Source: Octopus vulgaris
Taxonomy: Eukaryota
Direction: 5' to 3'
DNA: 64,000 bases
NCBI GenBank assembly: GCA_951406725.2
Contig: OX597836.1
Span: 2,604,001-2,668,000 of the forward strand
Part shown: positions 28,220 to 43,945 of the stretch, in pieces
How positions within the stretch are numbered: position 1 is the stretch's first letter
How the letters are laid out: every line of letters starts with the position of its first letter
Notes under the pieces: model-generated
Told to the model about the DNA's origin: nothing
Databases searched by the model: none
What the model saw: the letters and a program-made list of their open reading frames with translations, nothing else
Made by a program: the position numbers and the translations under genes

Positions 28220-28770
28220 AGTACCATCATCACAACCACCATAATCATCATCTCCATCATCATCATCATCGTTGTCATCACCATCATCATTATGACCATC
28301 ATCCTCATCATCATCGTTGTTTACATCCACCCAATTATCGTCGTCATCATGATCATCATCGCAATCATCAGCACCAGTACCACCGTCTTCATTGAGGTCG
28401 TCATCATCATTATCATCATAATCATCATCATTATCGTTGTCAGCAGTATCATCATCATCAGCATCGTTATCATCATTGACACAATCACCACCACCACCAC
28501 AAACAACAACAACAACAACACCAACACCACCACCACCACCATCATCATCGTCATCATCATCATCATCGTCGTCGTCATCGTCAACATTGAAATCAACCCA
28601 GTGTGCATCTTCATCATCATCATCAACACTGTCCCCACCTTCATCACCATCGTCACCATCATCACCATCATCACCATCATCACCATCATCACCATCACCA
28701 CTTTTGTGCTCATCATCATCATAATCATTATCATGGACAACAGCAAACAATAATAACAACCACCCACCCC
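28220..28770. repeat. (CAT/CAC)n degenerate trinucleotide tract
   Basis: Direct reading. Confidence 0.9.
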
Positions 28771-29659
28771 CATTCACACAAAACCTGCCGCATATATACG
28801 TGCTTTTCTCTGTCAGTGTGTGCATGTGTGAGCGTGTGTGTGTGTTTCTCTATGTGTGTGTGCGTGCATGTGTGTTTATGTGTGCGTGTGCGTGTTTGTC
28901 TCTTAGTCTGCCTATATGTATATATATATGTTTGCGTGCGTATGTTTGTATGTGTGTGTGTGTTTCTGTGTGTACTTGTCTGTGTGCCTGTCTATCTTTC
29001 TGTGTATATGTTTGCGTGAGTATGTGTGCTTGCGCATGTGTGTGTGCGCGCGCGTGCTTAGTTGTGTGTGTATATTTGTGCGTGTCCGCCTGTTAGTATC
29101 TATCTCTCTGCATATATGTATGCATGCGTGCGTGTGTGTATGCATTTGTGTGTATGTATGTGTGCGTGTCCGGGTGTGTGTGTATGAATCTGTGTATGTG
29201 AGTGTGTGTGTGTACGTACGTGTTTGTGTGTTTGTGTGAATGTTAGTGTTATGTGTGTGTGTATGTGTGTGTGTGTGGTGTTGACGTTTCGAATATGACA
29301 ACGCCAAGTATGAGGCGACAAACACGATCGGATGCAGCAATGACAGCAGAGTCTGAAACAAGAGCCGCATCCTCTAAAACATCATCAACAACAACAACAT
29401 CTACAACATCAACAAATTTGAACAACAGAAACAAAAACATGAAATTATAATAACGAAACTGTGAGGATAAACAGACGCATCACCAGCTTCTATTATGCAA
29501 CAACAACACCAACAACAGCACCAACGTGAGAGCAGAAGTCAGAGTCGGTAATAAGACCAACTACAGCGAGAGAGTAGCAGCAGCCGCAACAACACGAACA
29601 ACTGTAGTAGCTTTTGGTGTAGTAGTTGCATCATAAACATCATCATCAACATCATCGTC

Positions 29660-29667
29660 GCCATTAC

Positions 29668-29734
<67 letters not shown>

Positions 29735-29780
29735 ATTATTATTATTATCATCATCATCCTAATCATCATCATCATCATCA

Positions 29781-29869
<89 letters not shown>

Positions 29870-29916
29870 ATAATAATAATAATAATTATTATTATTATTA
29901 TTATTATCATTATTAC

Positions 29917-29958
<42 letters not shown>

Positions 29959-29975
29959 CATCATTATTATTATTA

Positions 29976-30017
<42 letters not shown>

Positions 30018-30080
30018 TATTTATTATTATTATTATTATTATTATTTATTATTATTATCATTATTATTATTATTATTATT
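29660..30080. repeat. ~420 bp (ATT)n microsatellite
   Basis: Direct reading. It continues at 30638-30740 beyond the inserted element. Confidence 0.95.
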
Positions 30081-30634
30081 GAGTGAGAGAGCAGTTCATG
30101 CCATCAAAGTGACACTGGGGTAAAATATACGAAGCCCAATATACCCATCATGACTACCCGTCTGATAAAGGTACACCAGGCACATGCATCACAACCATAT
30201 GTGCGCGACATGGTGATCTCATATCAAGATAAACAGCACATGACCTTGCAGGTTGGGCCCAGTTAGAATTTTCTTCAGGTTGAGTAGCCCATCCTGCTCA
30301 AACGGTCCCTGAATAAGGGTTGTTTAAGGATGTTGAAAGAACCACCCATGTTTCCAGAGGTGAACTATTCAAACCCCAAAGAATCCCTCTCAACACATGG
30401 CTATGATGCTCCCCCACTACTTCTGCTCGTGATCAGAGATGCACATATCGTCAGCCACTAAGGGACATGCTCAACTGGTTAAGGTCAAGCAACTGACAAG
30501 CAAATCTGTGGTATTGAGCAGAATAATTGCTGTTGCCCATCTTTTATACCAAGACAAAACAATGTACATGATAACACTTCCAATCAGTTAAGATCAGAAG
30601 CCTCGAGAGCCTCTACCTGGTACTGCATCAGGGC

Positions 30635-30637
<3 letters not shown>
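30081..30637. mobile_element. ~555 bp (TAA)n-associated element, copy 3
   Basis: GAGTGAGAGAGCAG…CTGGTACTGCATCAGGGCATT, cleanly embedded in (ATT)n. Confidence 0.92.
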
Positions 30638-30710
<73 letters not shown>

Positions 30711-30812
30711 GTTATTATTTTTATTATTATTATTATTATCATTAGTGTGTGTGTGTAAAACAGAAATCATTATTATTAATAATTTTATTATTGTGGTTGT
30801 TGTTGTTGTTTC

Positions 30813-30955
30813 ACCGAGGTCGACCTTTTCCTTTCATCCTTCCGGGATCGATAAATTAGGTACCAGTGTAGTAAGGTGGGATGGGGGTTAATGTGATCGA
30901 ATGTCCCCTCTACCCACAAATGTCCAGGCTTTGTGCCTGTAGGAGAAAGGATTAT
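30813..30955 (+). mobile_element. SINE family A, 5'-truncated
   Basis: ACCGAGGTCGACCTTTTCCTTTCATCCTTCCGGGATCGATAAATTAGGTACC. Confidence 0.8.
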
Positions 30956-31019
30956 TATTCTGGCCTTGTGGCAAATAAATGAAATCATCTTCACCATCAT
31001 TATTATTATTATTAGCTAT

Positions 31020-31113
31020 TATTATTGTAGTAGTAGTAATAAGAGTAGTAGTAGTATTAACAGATGTAGTAGCTCTGGTTCTCTTCGTTCTAATAGTTGT
31101 TGTTATTGTTGTT

Positions 31114-31150
<37 letters not shown>

Positions 31151-31480
31151 CAGTAGTAGTAGTAGTAATAGTAGTAGTAGTAGTCCTAGTAGTAGTTATA
31201 GCAGTAGTGGTGTTGGTGGTGGTTTTGGCGGTGGTGGTAGCAGCAGCTGCAGCACTAGTAGTGGTTGTAGTAGTTGTAGCAGCAGCAGTACTAGTTATAT
31301 TAATAGCATCAACAACAGCAGTAGTATCGGTAGTAGCAGCAGCAGCAGCACTAGTAGTAGTTGTAGTAGCAGCAGCAGTACTAGTAGTAGTGTAGTTGTA
31401 GCATCCGCAGCACTAGTGGTAATGGTAGTTGCAGCAGAAGTAGTAGTAGTAGTGTTTATTGTTGTTGTTGTTGTTGCAGC
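31020..31480. repeat. (AGT/AGC)n degenerate tract
   Basis: Direct reading. Confidence 0.9.
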
Positions 31481-31659
31481 GGTGGTATTTGCTGCATCGT
31501 ATTTGCAGGTAGCAGGCGTCAGTACTAAGGACTTGTTGACCTTTTTAACGTGTTTTAAGTCAGTCATCTTTGCTCTCGCCTTCTCGCTTACCATTCGCTC
31601 TTGGAGGCAGACGCACACAGGAATACTTCCTTCCAAACACACACACACACACACACACG

Positions 31660-31691
<32 letters not shown>

Positions 31692-33729
31692 TACACACAC
31701 ACACATACACAGATACACAACACGCACATCTATATATGTGTGTTTATGAATGTATGGCTATGTGAATATGTACATGCATATGTGAGTGCTGAATATATAC
31801 ACACTCACACATATATATATTCTGCTGCTTTATATATATATATATGTGTGTGTATGTTTGTGTGTGTGTGTGTGAGTGTGTGTATGTTAGTGTATATACG
31901 CTAAGTGGGAAAATAGGGTGATAGACGGACGTGTATATACATACATACATACATATATAGAGATAGAGAGATTAACGGATTAATTTTATTTGTATGAAAA
32001 TATGTACAAATGTATAAAAATATATCCGCTTTCATCATTTATTATTGTTATATACGCATAGAGGTATACATATATATAGTATATACGCTCATATAAACAT
32101 ACATGCATATGTATATATGAATACACACACACGCATGCACGCGTATACACACACATATATATACATGTATGTATAGATGTATATATTTATATGTAAATAC
32201 ACACAGTTGAAGTCATAACGAATGTAGGAAGATTCTTTAAGACACATTGAAGAATATACTTTGATTAAAACTGTATTTTTCTTTCTTTTTATGGCAGTTT
32301 AAGTTTCATGCCCTGGCAATCATTTAGCGAGAACCGATGTACTTCAGCTTCCTCTTATTGTTTTATTCGTTGATGTGTAAATGTTTTATCTGTTCGTCTT
32401 ATATGTCCGTTGGTTTGCTTTTAGCATTTACTAATTAGCAATTAACTTGCCGCCAGCAAAATGGTTATTAATTATATACATGCTGTTTAGTCTTCCGTAG
32501 TTACTTTTGAAAGACCGTGAAGTTTATTTTCATATGTTTTTGAGTAGACATATATTTATTAATGTCATTTGTTAACTAGAGGCTATAAGTATAATTGTGG
32601 CGTAGTTTGCTTTACCATTTACCGTATTTTTTGCAAACATTTGTGGCACGGAAGGATAGGAATTTGTTATTGTTTCTTGTTTCATTTTGCTAGCTAAGGT
32701 CCTCATAATGACTTCCGTGTGAACATTTACCTAGTGATATCTATCTGAAAAAAATCTCATATTTAGAATTGTAATCATACGCATACACTTGTATGTATGC
32801 ATGTATGTATACATCCAAGTTCTTTTACACGTCTTAGTTACACAGACAGACCGTTGCAATACGTGTGTGAAACCGCCAGGTGAATATTTCGAATCAAGTC
32901 ATAATCATCTGCCCCTCCTGTATTTATCCAAAGCCAGAAACTTCCCAGCCCCTCCCCTCTGTAGGAAGGTAAACCAAGTAAGCATAAGTATTCTCTCCTA
33001 TTCTTTAATGCCTCCCGACAATAAATACTTCGGAAATATGGCATAGAAATCGACCATTGGATGTATAATGAGCTTTTGAATAGTTTCACCTACGACAACC
33101 ATTATAAGATGATATAATTTGCATCAAACTACCAGATGTCTTGATTGAAGTGCAACAAGAGCGATAAAAGTTGCTGTATTTATGTTGTTACCCATTCAAT
33201 TAAATTTATTCTAATGAAAAAGTCTTCCAGGAGATTTATTTAGAAGTAACAACAGAAATGATACACTTATACAACGGTGAATATATCGAGAACTTCCTTA
33301 TGAAAACAGGCAGTTACAGGAACTATGTATATACGGTTTCCAATCAGATGAGGATAAGGTAGAATGGCGAGGTCTTGTGTATTTGTGCTCCTATTATTTT
33401 ACGAAGGAGGATAAACCGGATGGCAATTGAGTGAGATTTTGTGGCATATCCTGTAAGTGTTATTAAGAGGAGTGTGGATTCCACCGTTGTTGTTGCCTCC
33501 ATTGTTGTTGCCTCCATTGTTGTTAGCAGTAGCAATGTTGCTGCTGCCATTTGAAGGTTTTGTTGTTGCTATTAATGTTAATATTGCTTCTACATTTATT
33601 GCAACAGCTACTGCGACAATATTTGCAGCAGAAAAAGGCGGGTGAGCTGGCAGAAACGTTAGCAGGCCGGGCGAAATGCTTAGCGGCATATCGACAATAG
33701 CAATTCCGTCTCCACCCACACTTTCGCTT

Positions 33730-35080
33730 TGAAATGAAATTTGAAAAATTCAATTCGATGAGGGCTGTACCTAAGAGGAAGGTCTCTGCCTTTTTATCTT
33801 TCAGCTTCATTCAACAGACAGCTTCTTTGGCACGGTTAAATGAATCAGGCAGAGCAACATTTACTCGGCCGATAGGCACCCGTCCCACACGCGACAGCAG
33901 CTGTTCGACATATCTTATGGACTCAAAAGTCATGGAGACCGAATGAATGCATACAAAATGTTATCGCCGCTCTGTTGTTTATAGGACAAACATGTCTGAT
34001 AGCACATTTGAACCTGGAGAGTATATCTCGAATCGGTAGCGTCCCTCTGTAGCACTACTAGGGCATGGACATCTTGAAATTATCCATGAAGTTACTACCG
34101 GAAAGTCATCCGGAAAAGACTGACCAGTCATTTTTGCTCGACGCCCAGACACTTCTCAAGAGCGTTCTCTCACTTCACAACCACTACTCCCCCCATATAT
34201 TGCTGAAGAAGTCACATTACCCAACTGATGTGATCGTCTAATGATGTTCTGGTTGCCAGGTGCCCAATCTAAGATTTCCGTCACCCAGGTCAGCAGTGCT
34301 TCGTTAAGGAAACTAGTTGTGCAATGACGTTTCTCACGTATGGTGTCCTCCATTCACGTTCAAGGTCTAACGATTTCTGAATTTGGCGCAACATGAGCGG
34401 GTGTCTGAGCATGAGAAGCCAAGGTATGCTTAGGTCACAATGTTGAGGAAGGTGACAATAGACCGACCCCTTGAAATTTGCAACACATCCCTTCCACAAT
34501 AAGCTAAATTATAGACGCTGGAAATTGGTCAAGCAAGGAACGACGACCAGGAGTTGAATAATGATGGTGATGAAGTAGAAATTTGTCTCCTCGTCCAATC
34601 CAGTCAGGAACGGCTTTATGACTTCTGATTCGTGGGTAATAATTGTCACCCTTTTTGTCATCAGATCCTAGTCCTTATCCCGTTGAAGGTCAGTAGTGAG
34701 CTGGACGCATAAATGTTTAACTGGTCTACCATTCCAGCGTCCCAAAACTTCGTCCGAACCACCTGGTGCCCACATACAAGCCTATCAGCTTCTCCTCGAG
34801 GATTTCGGCCCTGCTTCTTATTCGTACTTTTTCAGAATGGTGTCATGCGTATCCACTTCGGAGGCATCCGACACCATCGCGGTGAGATCGTTCCCATACG
34901 CAAACAATGCTTTGCAGGGACCCAGTTCCAATGAGATTCCCCGCAACTGTTCTAATTTCCACAGCACTAGGACTGGAGCAAGCACGTACTAAAGAGGTGA
35001 GAGCGCGAAGCCCTGAAGAACCGAGAGTGCGATGGGAAACGATTCCTCTAGGTGGCCGTTTACTTTGGTAACCGAGCAGG
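33730..35080 (-). mobile_element. L1/Tx1-clade LINE reverse transcriptase remnant
   Basis: Minus strand: VNGHLEESFPIALSVLQGFALSPL*YVLA (cf. VRQGCPLSPLLY) at ~35060-34985, AYGNDLT (cf. AYADD) at ~34901-34880, then ILKKYE*EAG. Confidence 0.8.
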
Positions 35081-35119
35081 TACCACTGGGGATTGCATCG
35101 AACCGACCGCAGAAAAATA

Positions 35120-35152
35120 CAACTACTACTACTACTAATAATAATAATAATA

Positions 35153-35217
<65 letters not shown>

Positions 35218-35229
35218 AATAATACTAAT

Positions 35230-35301
<72 letters not shown>

Positions 35302-35310
35302 AAGAAGAAG
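35120..35310. repeat. Compound (TAC)(AAT)(GAT)(AAT)(AAG) trinucleotide tract
   Basis: Direct reading. Confidence 0.95.
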
Positions 35311-35483
35311 ATGTAGAAAACGAGTGGTGATCTCATCGGCATTTTAACTTGGATCTTTCATATTATAAGTGTTTATAACATTACCACAAAATGCTGCAAA
35401 GGTAGGTAAGGTTAACGAATCGATTAACCTCTTCAAAAGTCTTCAATTGTATTTATCCAATCATAATAATAATAATAATAATG

Positions 35484-35544
<61 letters not shown>

Positions 35545-36127
35545 TAATAATAATAAAGCAAAGCGGTTTTCTACGGGGTTTTGAAATCCTAACGTCAAGA
35601 GAAGTAACTAAATATTTCAAGGTATATGAGTTGTCTGTTTTTACCGACTTTGCTTTCTATTCGAAGACCAGTGATAAAACATTCAAAACGATTCTATAGA
35701 ATGGCTCACTTCCACTTTTTATAATTCATATTCATGACATCCGGACGATTTGAAGATCAAGAGGAAATCTTAATAAAACAAGCAAAAAACAGCCCCACAA
35801 ACACCGTTATCGCAACCACTACCACCACCACCTTCACAACAACAATATTCTGGTGTGATCTGTGGAAAGTCCAAACTTATTCTGCCAACACCTTCACTCG
35901 GCCAAAACTTCTACAATGGCTTTCACGTTTAACATTATCAATTCTAAAAACAAATAAAAGCGGTATAAAGGTCAGACGCTCCGATATACAAACCTGACCT
36001 TTTACTTACTGAAACTGCGCATGCGCTATTCGTCCAAACACAAGAAATACTGATTATCAGCATTATATTATCACAACATGTATGTATATATACATATACA
36101 TACATACTTATACACACACACACACAC

Positions 36128-36214
<87 letters not shown>

Positions 36215-36236
36215 AAGATGGCTAGTATACTTTACG

Positions 36237-36268
<32 letters not shown>

Positions 36269-37413
36269 TTTGCGTGGTTTGTGTTCGAACGTTAAGATGT
36301 ATTTTTTGGTTTTCGTTTAAAGGGAAATGACCTCGTTTGACCTCGATAGTAATTCTTATCTATTGCTTCCAGACAAGCAGACTGTAAGATAGCCAAGGGA
36401 CGAGGAAGAAGAGGTAATACTTATGCAACGAGGAGGTGATATGGTGAGAGTGAGGCTAAAAAAATAAGATGTTGAAAGAAAAATGAGTTACGAAACATTG
36501 TGTAGAATGAGGAATTGAACAAGGAAGTACAAAAAACATTCTTATGTGAATCTATCGATTGCCATAAAACGTAAAATCTAGAATATATTTATAAAGTGTG
36601 GATTTTCAACGGATTTTATCAGATATTTTCCTTCTGTCGTCGGGAAAAATAATGCCCTAGTCTAGAACTAACCTATCGATCGTATCGATCAGAGACTTCC
36701 CCTAAATATTGTAATCCTTGTGCTTAAATTAGAAACGAAAAGCAAGAGCGGGAAAAAAATTATTTCCGTTGTTGCTGCTGAATCGTTTTTTTTTACGAGC
36801 CATTCCAAGGTTACGCAAAATGTTTGAGGTTTGCGGTAGATGAGATTGTTGAGTAACAATTAAATATTTCTGGAAAATGAATGACTTGTAGATACATTAT
36901 ATTTTGTTATGCAACCATAATAAACTACAAACTAAATTAAACGCTTTATAAGGCAATATTGTGTTCTACTGTGTTAGCAGTGCTATTAAATCACTTGTTA
37001 AGGTAGAGACAACCTTAACGAATGATTTAAGGGAAAAAGACCTGATACTCAGAATTGTGATTCCGTTAAATGTTTGTTGCAATATTTGGGATTTTAAAGA
37101 CTTTATATATTCTTTGTTTTGCAGTGTTTTCCTTGAGGTGTGTTTTAAGAAACAAATGTAGTTTTCTGGTTTGTTGTGAAAAATATTAAGGGACACAGTT
37201 TGCATTTATCTCGCAAGTGCTGATATAAATATCAGCAGAGGTATGATTCTTAGGTGTCACATTTCGAGACCGCTATCTCGAGATCCACGTTCTGAATGTT
37301 ACAACGTTTTTACAGAGCTATAGCAACCTGCAGAGATCGATAGATCTATGTCCAATCATGATGATGACTACTATATTCATTCTTAATACGTTCAAGGAGA
37401 GGCAAACATTTAT

Positions 37414-37850
<437 letters not shown>

Positions 37851-39164
37851 TACATGGTATCGGGCTTCGTTTTTGTAATTAACATATCAATTTTGCAGAT
37901 TGTTATTGTTTTTGTGTTTGTTGTTGTTCCTGTTACAGTTGTTGTTGGTGTAGAAGATCATGATTATGACGACTGTGGCACTTGTATTCTTGTAGTTGAT
38001 GCATTCTCGAAACTTTCCCTTTTTTCTTGTTGCTTTTCTTTTTCTTTGTATCATCGAAAACCATTACAAGACAGCGAAGCCAACATCGTAAATGTATTGA
38101 CAACAGTTAATATCGATTTCAGGTTTACTGCTTTGGATGGTTTGCTGAGGCGGAAGAATCGTTAAAGAACCGGACTAAATGCTTAACAAATATTTTTATG
38201 TCCGTTCCTCAGCATCCTTGTACACACCGCTATAATCCGAATTTTGACTCTACAGAATAGATTCTCTCTTCTTATGGTCAATGAAATTCATTCAATGAAA
38301 TAACTCGACCACTGTCCAGTCAATCATGTATAGACTTTCCCAACAGGATTTCACTTACCGGAAGAGTGCGAGAAATTATGTTTTACTGCTTAATTGATAA
38401 GGTAATTGAGGCGTCTTGAGCATATATTTCATGCTCCCCGAAACTGAACCAAAAGAAGTGAGAAAGATATTCTAAAACCAATGGGGTATTCTGAACTCTT
38501 CTACGGAATTTAATTGCCACTAAAGTTAGCGAATGGTCAGGTGGGTATACTAAACTGGGACACGGATTTATTCTTCCGTAAAAGAATTCAAAACGGAAAC
38601 AGCCGTAACAAATGGTTCAAGGCACTCTATTTTCCCCGCTCTAACTATTCCGCCTGTTTTTGTATATTTTATCGTCTCCTTCGTTGTGAAAGACGAAGTT
38701 CATCTCGGAATTCCAGTTCAAAAGTGTGTTTCACTAGAAGAATTACTACACCGCATTTTTATTTTACGCTCAAAATGTTTCTTCCAATTTGACGCCATAT
38801 TATTCCCTTTTTTATACTCCTCCTCCTGACTATCATCATCATCATCATCATCATCATCATTAAGCTGAACGAAATGCTTTCCATAGCCTCTTGTACTGCA
38901 ATAGCTAGATCCTGGTGTTTTGCTATTTATTTCTATACCCCTTATATTGATTTTTTCATCATTTGAGACAGTAAAGAAGAGCAACAACGATCTGATGCAG
39001 GAAGTGGGGAAGAACAAAAATATTCATACAAAATGATTCGGGCTGGACGAACTTTTGTCCAAAACTCCCCGTGACAGAGAGATGATAAATACTGATACAA
39101 ACACATACCCAGAACTTATAATAATATGATATATATACATATATATATATATATGTATTATGTA

Positions 39165-39380
39165 TGCATGTGTTTGTCTGTGTTTGTGCACCATTACTGC
39201 TTGGGAAATGGTGTTGGTGTGTTCATTTCTTCGTAACTTAGCGGTTTGGCAAAAGAAACCGGTAGAATGAGTACCAGTCTTCAAAATAATTGTCACTGGA
39301 GTCGTATCGTTCGACTAAAATTATTCGAGGTGGTTCACTAGCACCGTCGCAGTCAGATGATCGAAGAAAGTAAAAGATGA
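39165..39380 (+). mobile_element. SINE family B tail half
   Basis: GTAACTTAGCGGTTTGGCAAAAGAAACCGGTAGAATGAGTACC. Confidence 0.7.
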
Positions 39381-40156
39381 AAATATCTCACCAAAATTTC
39401 CCTGTGATAGAAGGGTTTGAATGTTGCAACATTTGCATCATAAGTGTAAATCAGTTACAGTGAATTTTCCAGCTGAAATTGTAAGGCAAATTTGGGTTAA
39501 AAACCCATTTGTAGACGCGTGATACTTAAGCAATCTTTCACGGGAACATTAAGTAGATATTTATGAGTGTTTTTACGTTAAACAAAAAGAAAAAAAAAAA
39601 CATGTAACCAACAAAAAAAAAATTGGATTGCATTATTAATGGAATACCGTACTCTAAGCACAATTGTTAAAAAGTGTTAATGCGATTCCTAGCTAAATAT
39701 TTGTGAAATAAAAACAGTACTTAAGCAAAAAAAAAAAGAGAAAAGAGAAAGCAAATAAATTTAAAAACAGACAGAATATCGAAGCCTTTAAAAGTAACAT
39801 CCATAATTCAAAATATTAAGACACTTCCATGCCACTGACATCTTATATTTCGCAAAGGAAGTTCAATTTTTTTTTTAACTTCTATGACACTAAAAGCGGA
39901 TTCGCGCAATGTATGGTGGCACAATGTTATCTTAATGTTTATTTATCGCATTGTGATAATAAACGATGGGCTCCGAATATTTTCGTTCAATTCCATGGGG
40001 TTCCCTCGCTTGGGAAAAACAAATTCAGAATGGCTACAGTTGACTGGGTTTTGTGTATAATGTGCAAAGAGTGGTGGTCATGGTAGGGTAGGGGTAGTAA
40101 CAGTGGTAATATTTAACTGGAAGTAGTTTAGCTTGGTTTAACTGAGAAGTTACTCT

Positions 40157-40515
40157 TTTACTATTTTACATGTTTCAGTCATCTGACCGTGGCCATGCTG
40201 GAGCACCGCCTTTAGTCGAGCAAATCGACTCCAGGACTGTAAGCCTAGTACTTATTCTATCGACTCTTTGGCCGAACTGCTAAGTTACGCGGGATGTAAA
40301 CACACCAGCACCGGTTGTCAAGCGATGTTGGCGGGGAAGGGGGCGTGACAAACAAAGACACACAAACATATACACAAACACATATGTACGACGAGCTTCC
40401 TTCAGTTTCCACTCACAGGGCTTTGGTCGGCTCGCGGCTATAGTAGAAGACACTGAACCCGGAACCATGCGGTTCGTAAGCAAGCTACCTACCGCACAGC
40501 CACTCCTACGCCTAT
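40157..40515 (-). mobile_element. SINE family B, near full-length
   Basis: Tail (GGCCATGCTGGAGCACCGCC…TACTTATTCTATCG), internal CA-rich linker, core and tRNA-like head (ACCCGGAACCATGCGGTT…CACAGCCACTCCTACGCC). Confidence 0.85.
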
Positions 40516-40584
40516 AGTAAGTTCAATTTTTAGTAAAACAACGTGAATATTCCCTGTTCTGGTTATAATAGTAATAATTGTTAC

Positions 40585-40620
<36 letters not shown>

Positions 40621-40708
40621 CACCACTACTACTACCACTACCACCACCACCACCACCACTACTCCTACTATTCATCATCTTCTTCTTATTATTATTATAA
40701 TTATTATT

Positions 40709-40875
40709 AAGGCGGTGAGCTGGCAGAATCTTTAGCACCTTGGACGAATTCCGCCGAGGTCAATTGGCCTTGCCAACCTTTCTGGTTCGAGAAAGCACCA
40801 CTTGAGCAGAGAAGTAGATGTAATCGAGTAATCCCCTCCCCACTGCATTTCAAGACTCGTGCTTTTAGATGGAAG
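40709..40875 (+). mobile_element. SINE family A, internally deleted
   Basis: AAGGCGGTGAGCTGGCAGAATC head and AATTCCGCCGAGGTC. Confidence 0.75.
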
Positions 40876-42290
40876 TATTATTATTGTTGTGGTTGTGGCT
40901 GTTGTCGTTGTTGATGATGATATTGTTGTTGTTGATTTTGTTACTGGCATCAGAATTGGCAAGACGTGTGATCTTGTTAATCAGACGGATTTTGGAATTT
41001 TAACGAGTGTAACTGGAGATAAAAGCATTCATTTTGAACAGCTTCGGAATACCCTTCCAGAATGTTCATTCCATGTACGACTTTTTCAGCTTGCTTGTTT
41101 GTGTTTAGATTTTAACCTCAAATAAAGGTTATCATTCTCCAACGAGATTATAGCAAACAAAATTTCATTTCATTACAAATGCACAACAAGGAAACAAGAA
41201 AATATAATCGAATTTAATCACAGAGTAAAATGCAAAACACCTTAAAATGAGATTTTTAAAAAAAATGAATTATAATTGACAAATGCAAATAGTGAAATAG
41301 CATTCGTTAATGTTATAACAAACAACAACAACAACTGTAGCAATAATAAAAGCACAAATAACTACAAAGCAGAAATGCAATTTCTTTTTCTTTTCCCAGT
41401 GTCAATAAAAATACAGATATGGATTTCGATAACAGATAAAGAGATCGAAGAGCAAACAGAGGAAACCCACCTCTCCGTATTTCTCTGTTGCTGCCACAAT
41501 CACACATGATTTTGATAGGAATTATTTGGTTTCGTGAAGAATGTTCTGCTTGCTAGTGCTGCGTGACAAAGGACAGTACATAAATGCCTCCGCATATATA
41601 TAATTATTGTGTTATCGACTAACAACAATAAAAAAAGAAAACGATTATTTGTTTATGACTCTTGAAAATTAGGTGCGTTTCTCGTGTAAGAAACAAAAAG
41701 AAATATTCAGGCAATGTTGAACAAAGTTCAGAATTACGTGTTTATTTCTTCCTCTGTTTTTTTTTTTTTTCAGCAAAGAAGAGGCTATGCACCGACATCT
41801 GTTACAGCAAATGAACTCAGTAGACAGCCTTGGCTTGTATGTAAAATCGCTGCTGAAAAATCCGTATCACATTAACTCGGGTGTGACAAGATGTAGGTAA
41901 AATATGTTGGCCATGGGCTTCCCTTCCTTTGTCATTAGTTTTATGGGATCGTAACAGCCAGTGAAAATCATTGGCAAACCGAAAAGTATATGTCGTTTTT
42001 CTTAGTTTATTTCGATGCATCTTAGTCATAACAATACCCAAAGAAAACAGAGATATTGGTTTAGAAGAGCAATCTCTCGTGGATGGAGGAAGATAAGTGA
42101 TTCGACTTGTAATGCAATGCAGAAAGCCATAGTTTCACTTGGGATACTAATTAAGAAAAGAAAAGAAAATAGAGAGAGAGAGGAGGAAAGAGAGAGAGAA
42201 ATAGATGATGAGAGAGTGAGGGAGAATAGTGTAAGAGAGGGAATAGGGAAAGAGAGAGAGAGTGTGTGTGTATGTGTGTGCATGTCTGTG

Positions 42291-42333
<43 letters not shown>

Positions 42334-43053
42334 CGCGCGCGTAAGTCACAGTGAAGAGCAAAAGCAGCGGCGCAAGCAGCAGCACTGAAAGGAAGATGTC
42401 CTAGCATCTTCCTCATCTTTCTCAGTTTAATCACAGTTTCCAGCTTCGATAATGACAAGAATGTTCAACTAATCAGTGGCCGACATCTCTGAGGAATTAC
42501 CATCCAACGAACAGGTACAGCAACCACTTCCTGGCGATACCACAATACCATCCTACAGACAAGAAGAAATAATGAACAAAAGACTCCAACAGTCTCACTC
42601 GTCTGTGCATACAATAAAATACACGCACATACACACACACACACACACAAACACTTTCACACATTATATTTCTATAAGTATACAGCATCTTTATGTATGT
42701 AGATAGATTTATTCCAAGATACACAGCGATAGATTCCATTGTTTTAATTTTCTCAGCAAAGTAATACAGAAATTTGTCCTTTATCTCTTATTGAATCGAC
42801 GACAAAACAACAAAATATGGTTACATATTTTCAGTACTCGGGCGCTCTTCAGATGTTGCCTTTGTATTATACATATCGCGCAATTGACCAGACTGGCAAA
42901 CAAAAGCAGGCATACAGAATACACAAATGCCTAAGCACTTTGATACGCATTTCCGTGGAATGCTATAAAGCAACATGAATGTGTGTGTGTGTGTGTGTGC
43001 ATGAATCCATATTTATTATGTATGCATGTGTATAGGAATATATGTATATATTA

Positions 43054-43084
<31 letters not shown>

Positions 43085-43861
43085 TATACATTATTAATAT
43101 ATATATATACACACACCTATATAAGATACAGAAATAACATTCTCAACAAACGCATGATGATGCTAATACAATGGCATGAACAGAATAACAGAATGTTGAT
43201 ATATATATATATATATATATATACATAGATACATATTTGTAAATATATTACCGTATATGTACACATACGTAAGTATACGTATATATAGATATATGTGTGT
43301 GTGTATATATATACAAGGATACATGAACAGTTGCACACACAAACACACACACACACACACATATATACCTATATAGACCCCTATATATATTCATATTAAA
43401 ACATAAACATATACATCTTTCAATGTAGCTGCATATATAAACATATATAACAGATGTACATATGAATATATATGTGTGTGTGTGTGTGTGTGAGTGTCTG
43501 CGTGTGCGCGCGTTTGTGTGTATATATCTATATGTATATAATGTATATATGCGCAACTATACACCTCATATATGTTGTTGTGCCAGTGACTGTGAGCATG
43601 TGTACGCGTGTGTGTACGCATGCGTGCGCAATGCAAACCGGGGTATGTGCACAAGCATTCATGTATGTAAGTGTGAGTATGTGTGTGTGTGTGTGAGTGT
43701 GTGTGTGTTTGGATGGGTACGAGAGGTTTCGGGTGTAGCTGTGTGTTCATATGCTGCCAATATGTGCTGCATTTTCGAGAAGAATTCCCCTCAGCTTCTG
43801 TTGAAATGTAATTATTATTGTCTAAATCAATCAATTGGTTCATAATCTAATTGGTATCCTG

Positions 43862-43945
43862 TTACCATTGACTACGCGGCGTTACACTTCTTTCGGTTTG
43901 GTGCCAGAATGTGACGTCAAACAAGAATACGGCGGAGACGTTCAC
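43862..43945 (-). other. Candidate exon start (splice acceptor TTGCATTTTACAG|G), possibly a terminal exon
   Basis: Good acceptor in unique sequence. Downstream minus-strand sequence (~43.8 kb to ~39.5 kb) has U-rich, 3'UTR-like unique stretches. No homology recognised. Confidence 0.25.

Noticed and set aside
30933-31904. 323-aa Ser/Val-rich ORF
   Set aside because: Spans a SINE tail plus (AGT)n and (CA)n tracts.
32810-33330. Further PLE RT/GIY-YIG remnant (also 38260-38510 and 50530-50760)
   Set aside because: Only faint motif echoes. Not supportable without a profile search.
42818-42860. Minus-strand CTGAAGA…GAAA hammerhead-like motif
   Set aside because: Stem II and the cleavage triplet/stem I register do not pair convincingly.
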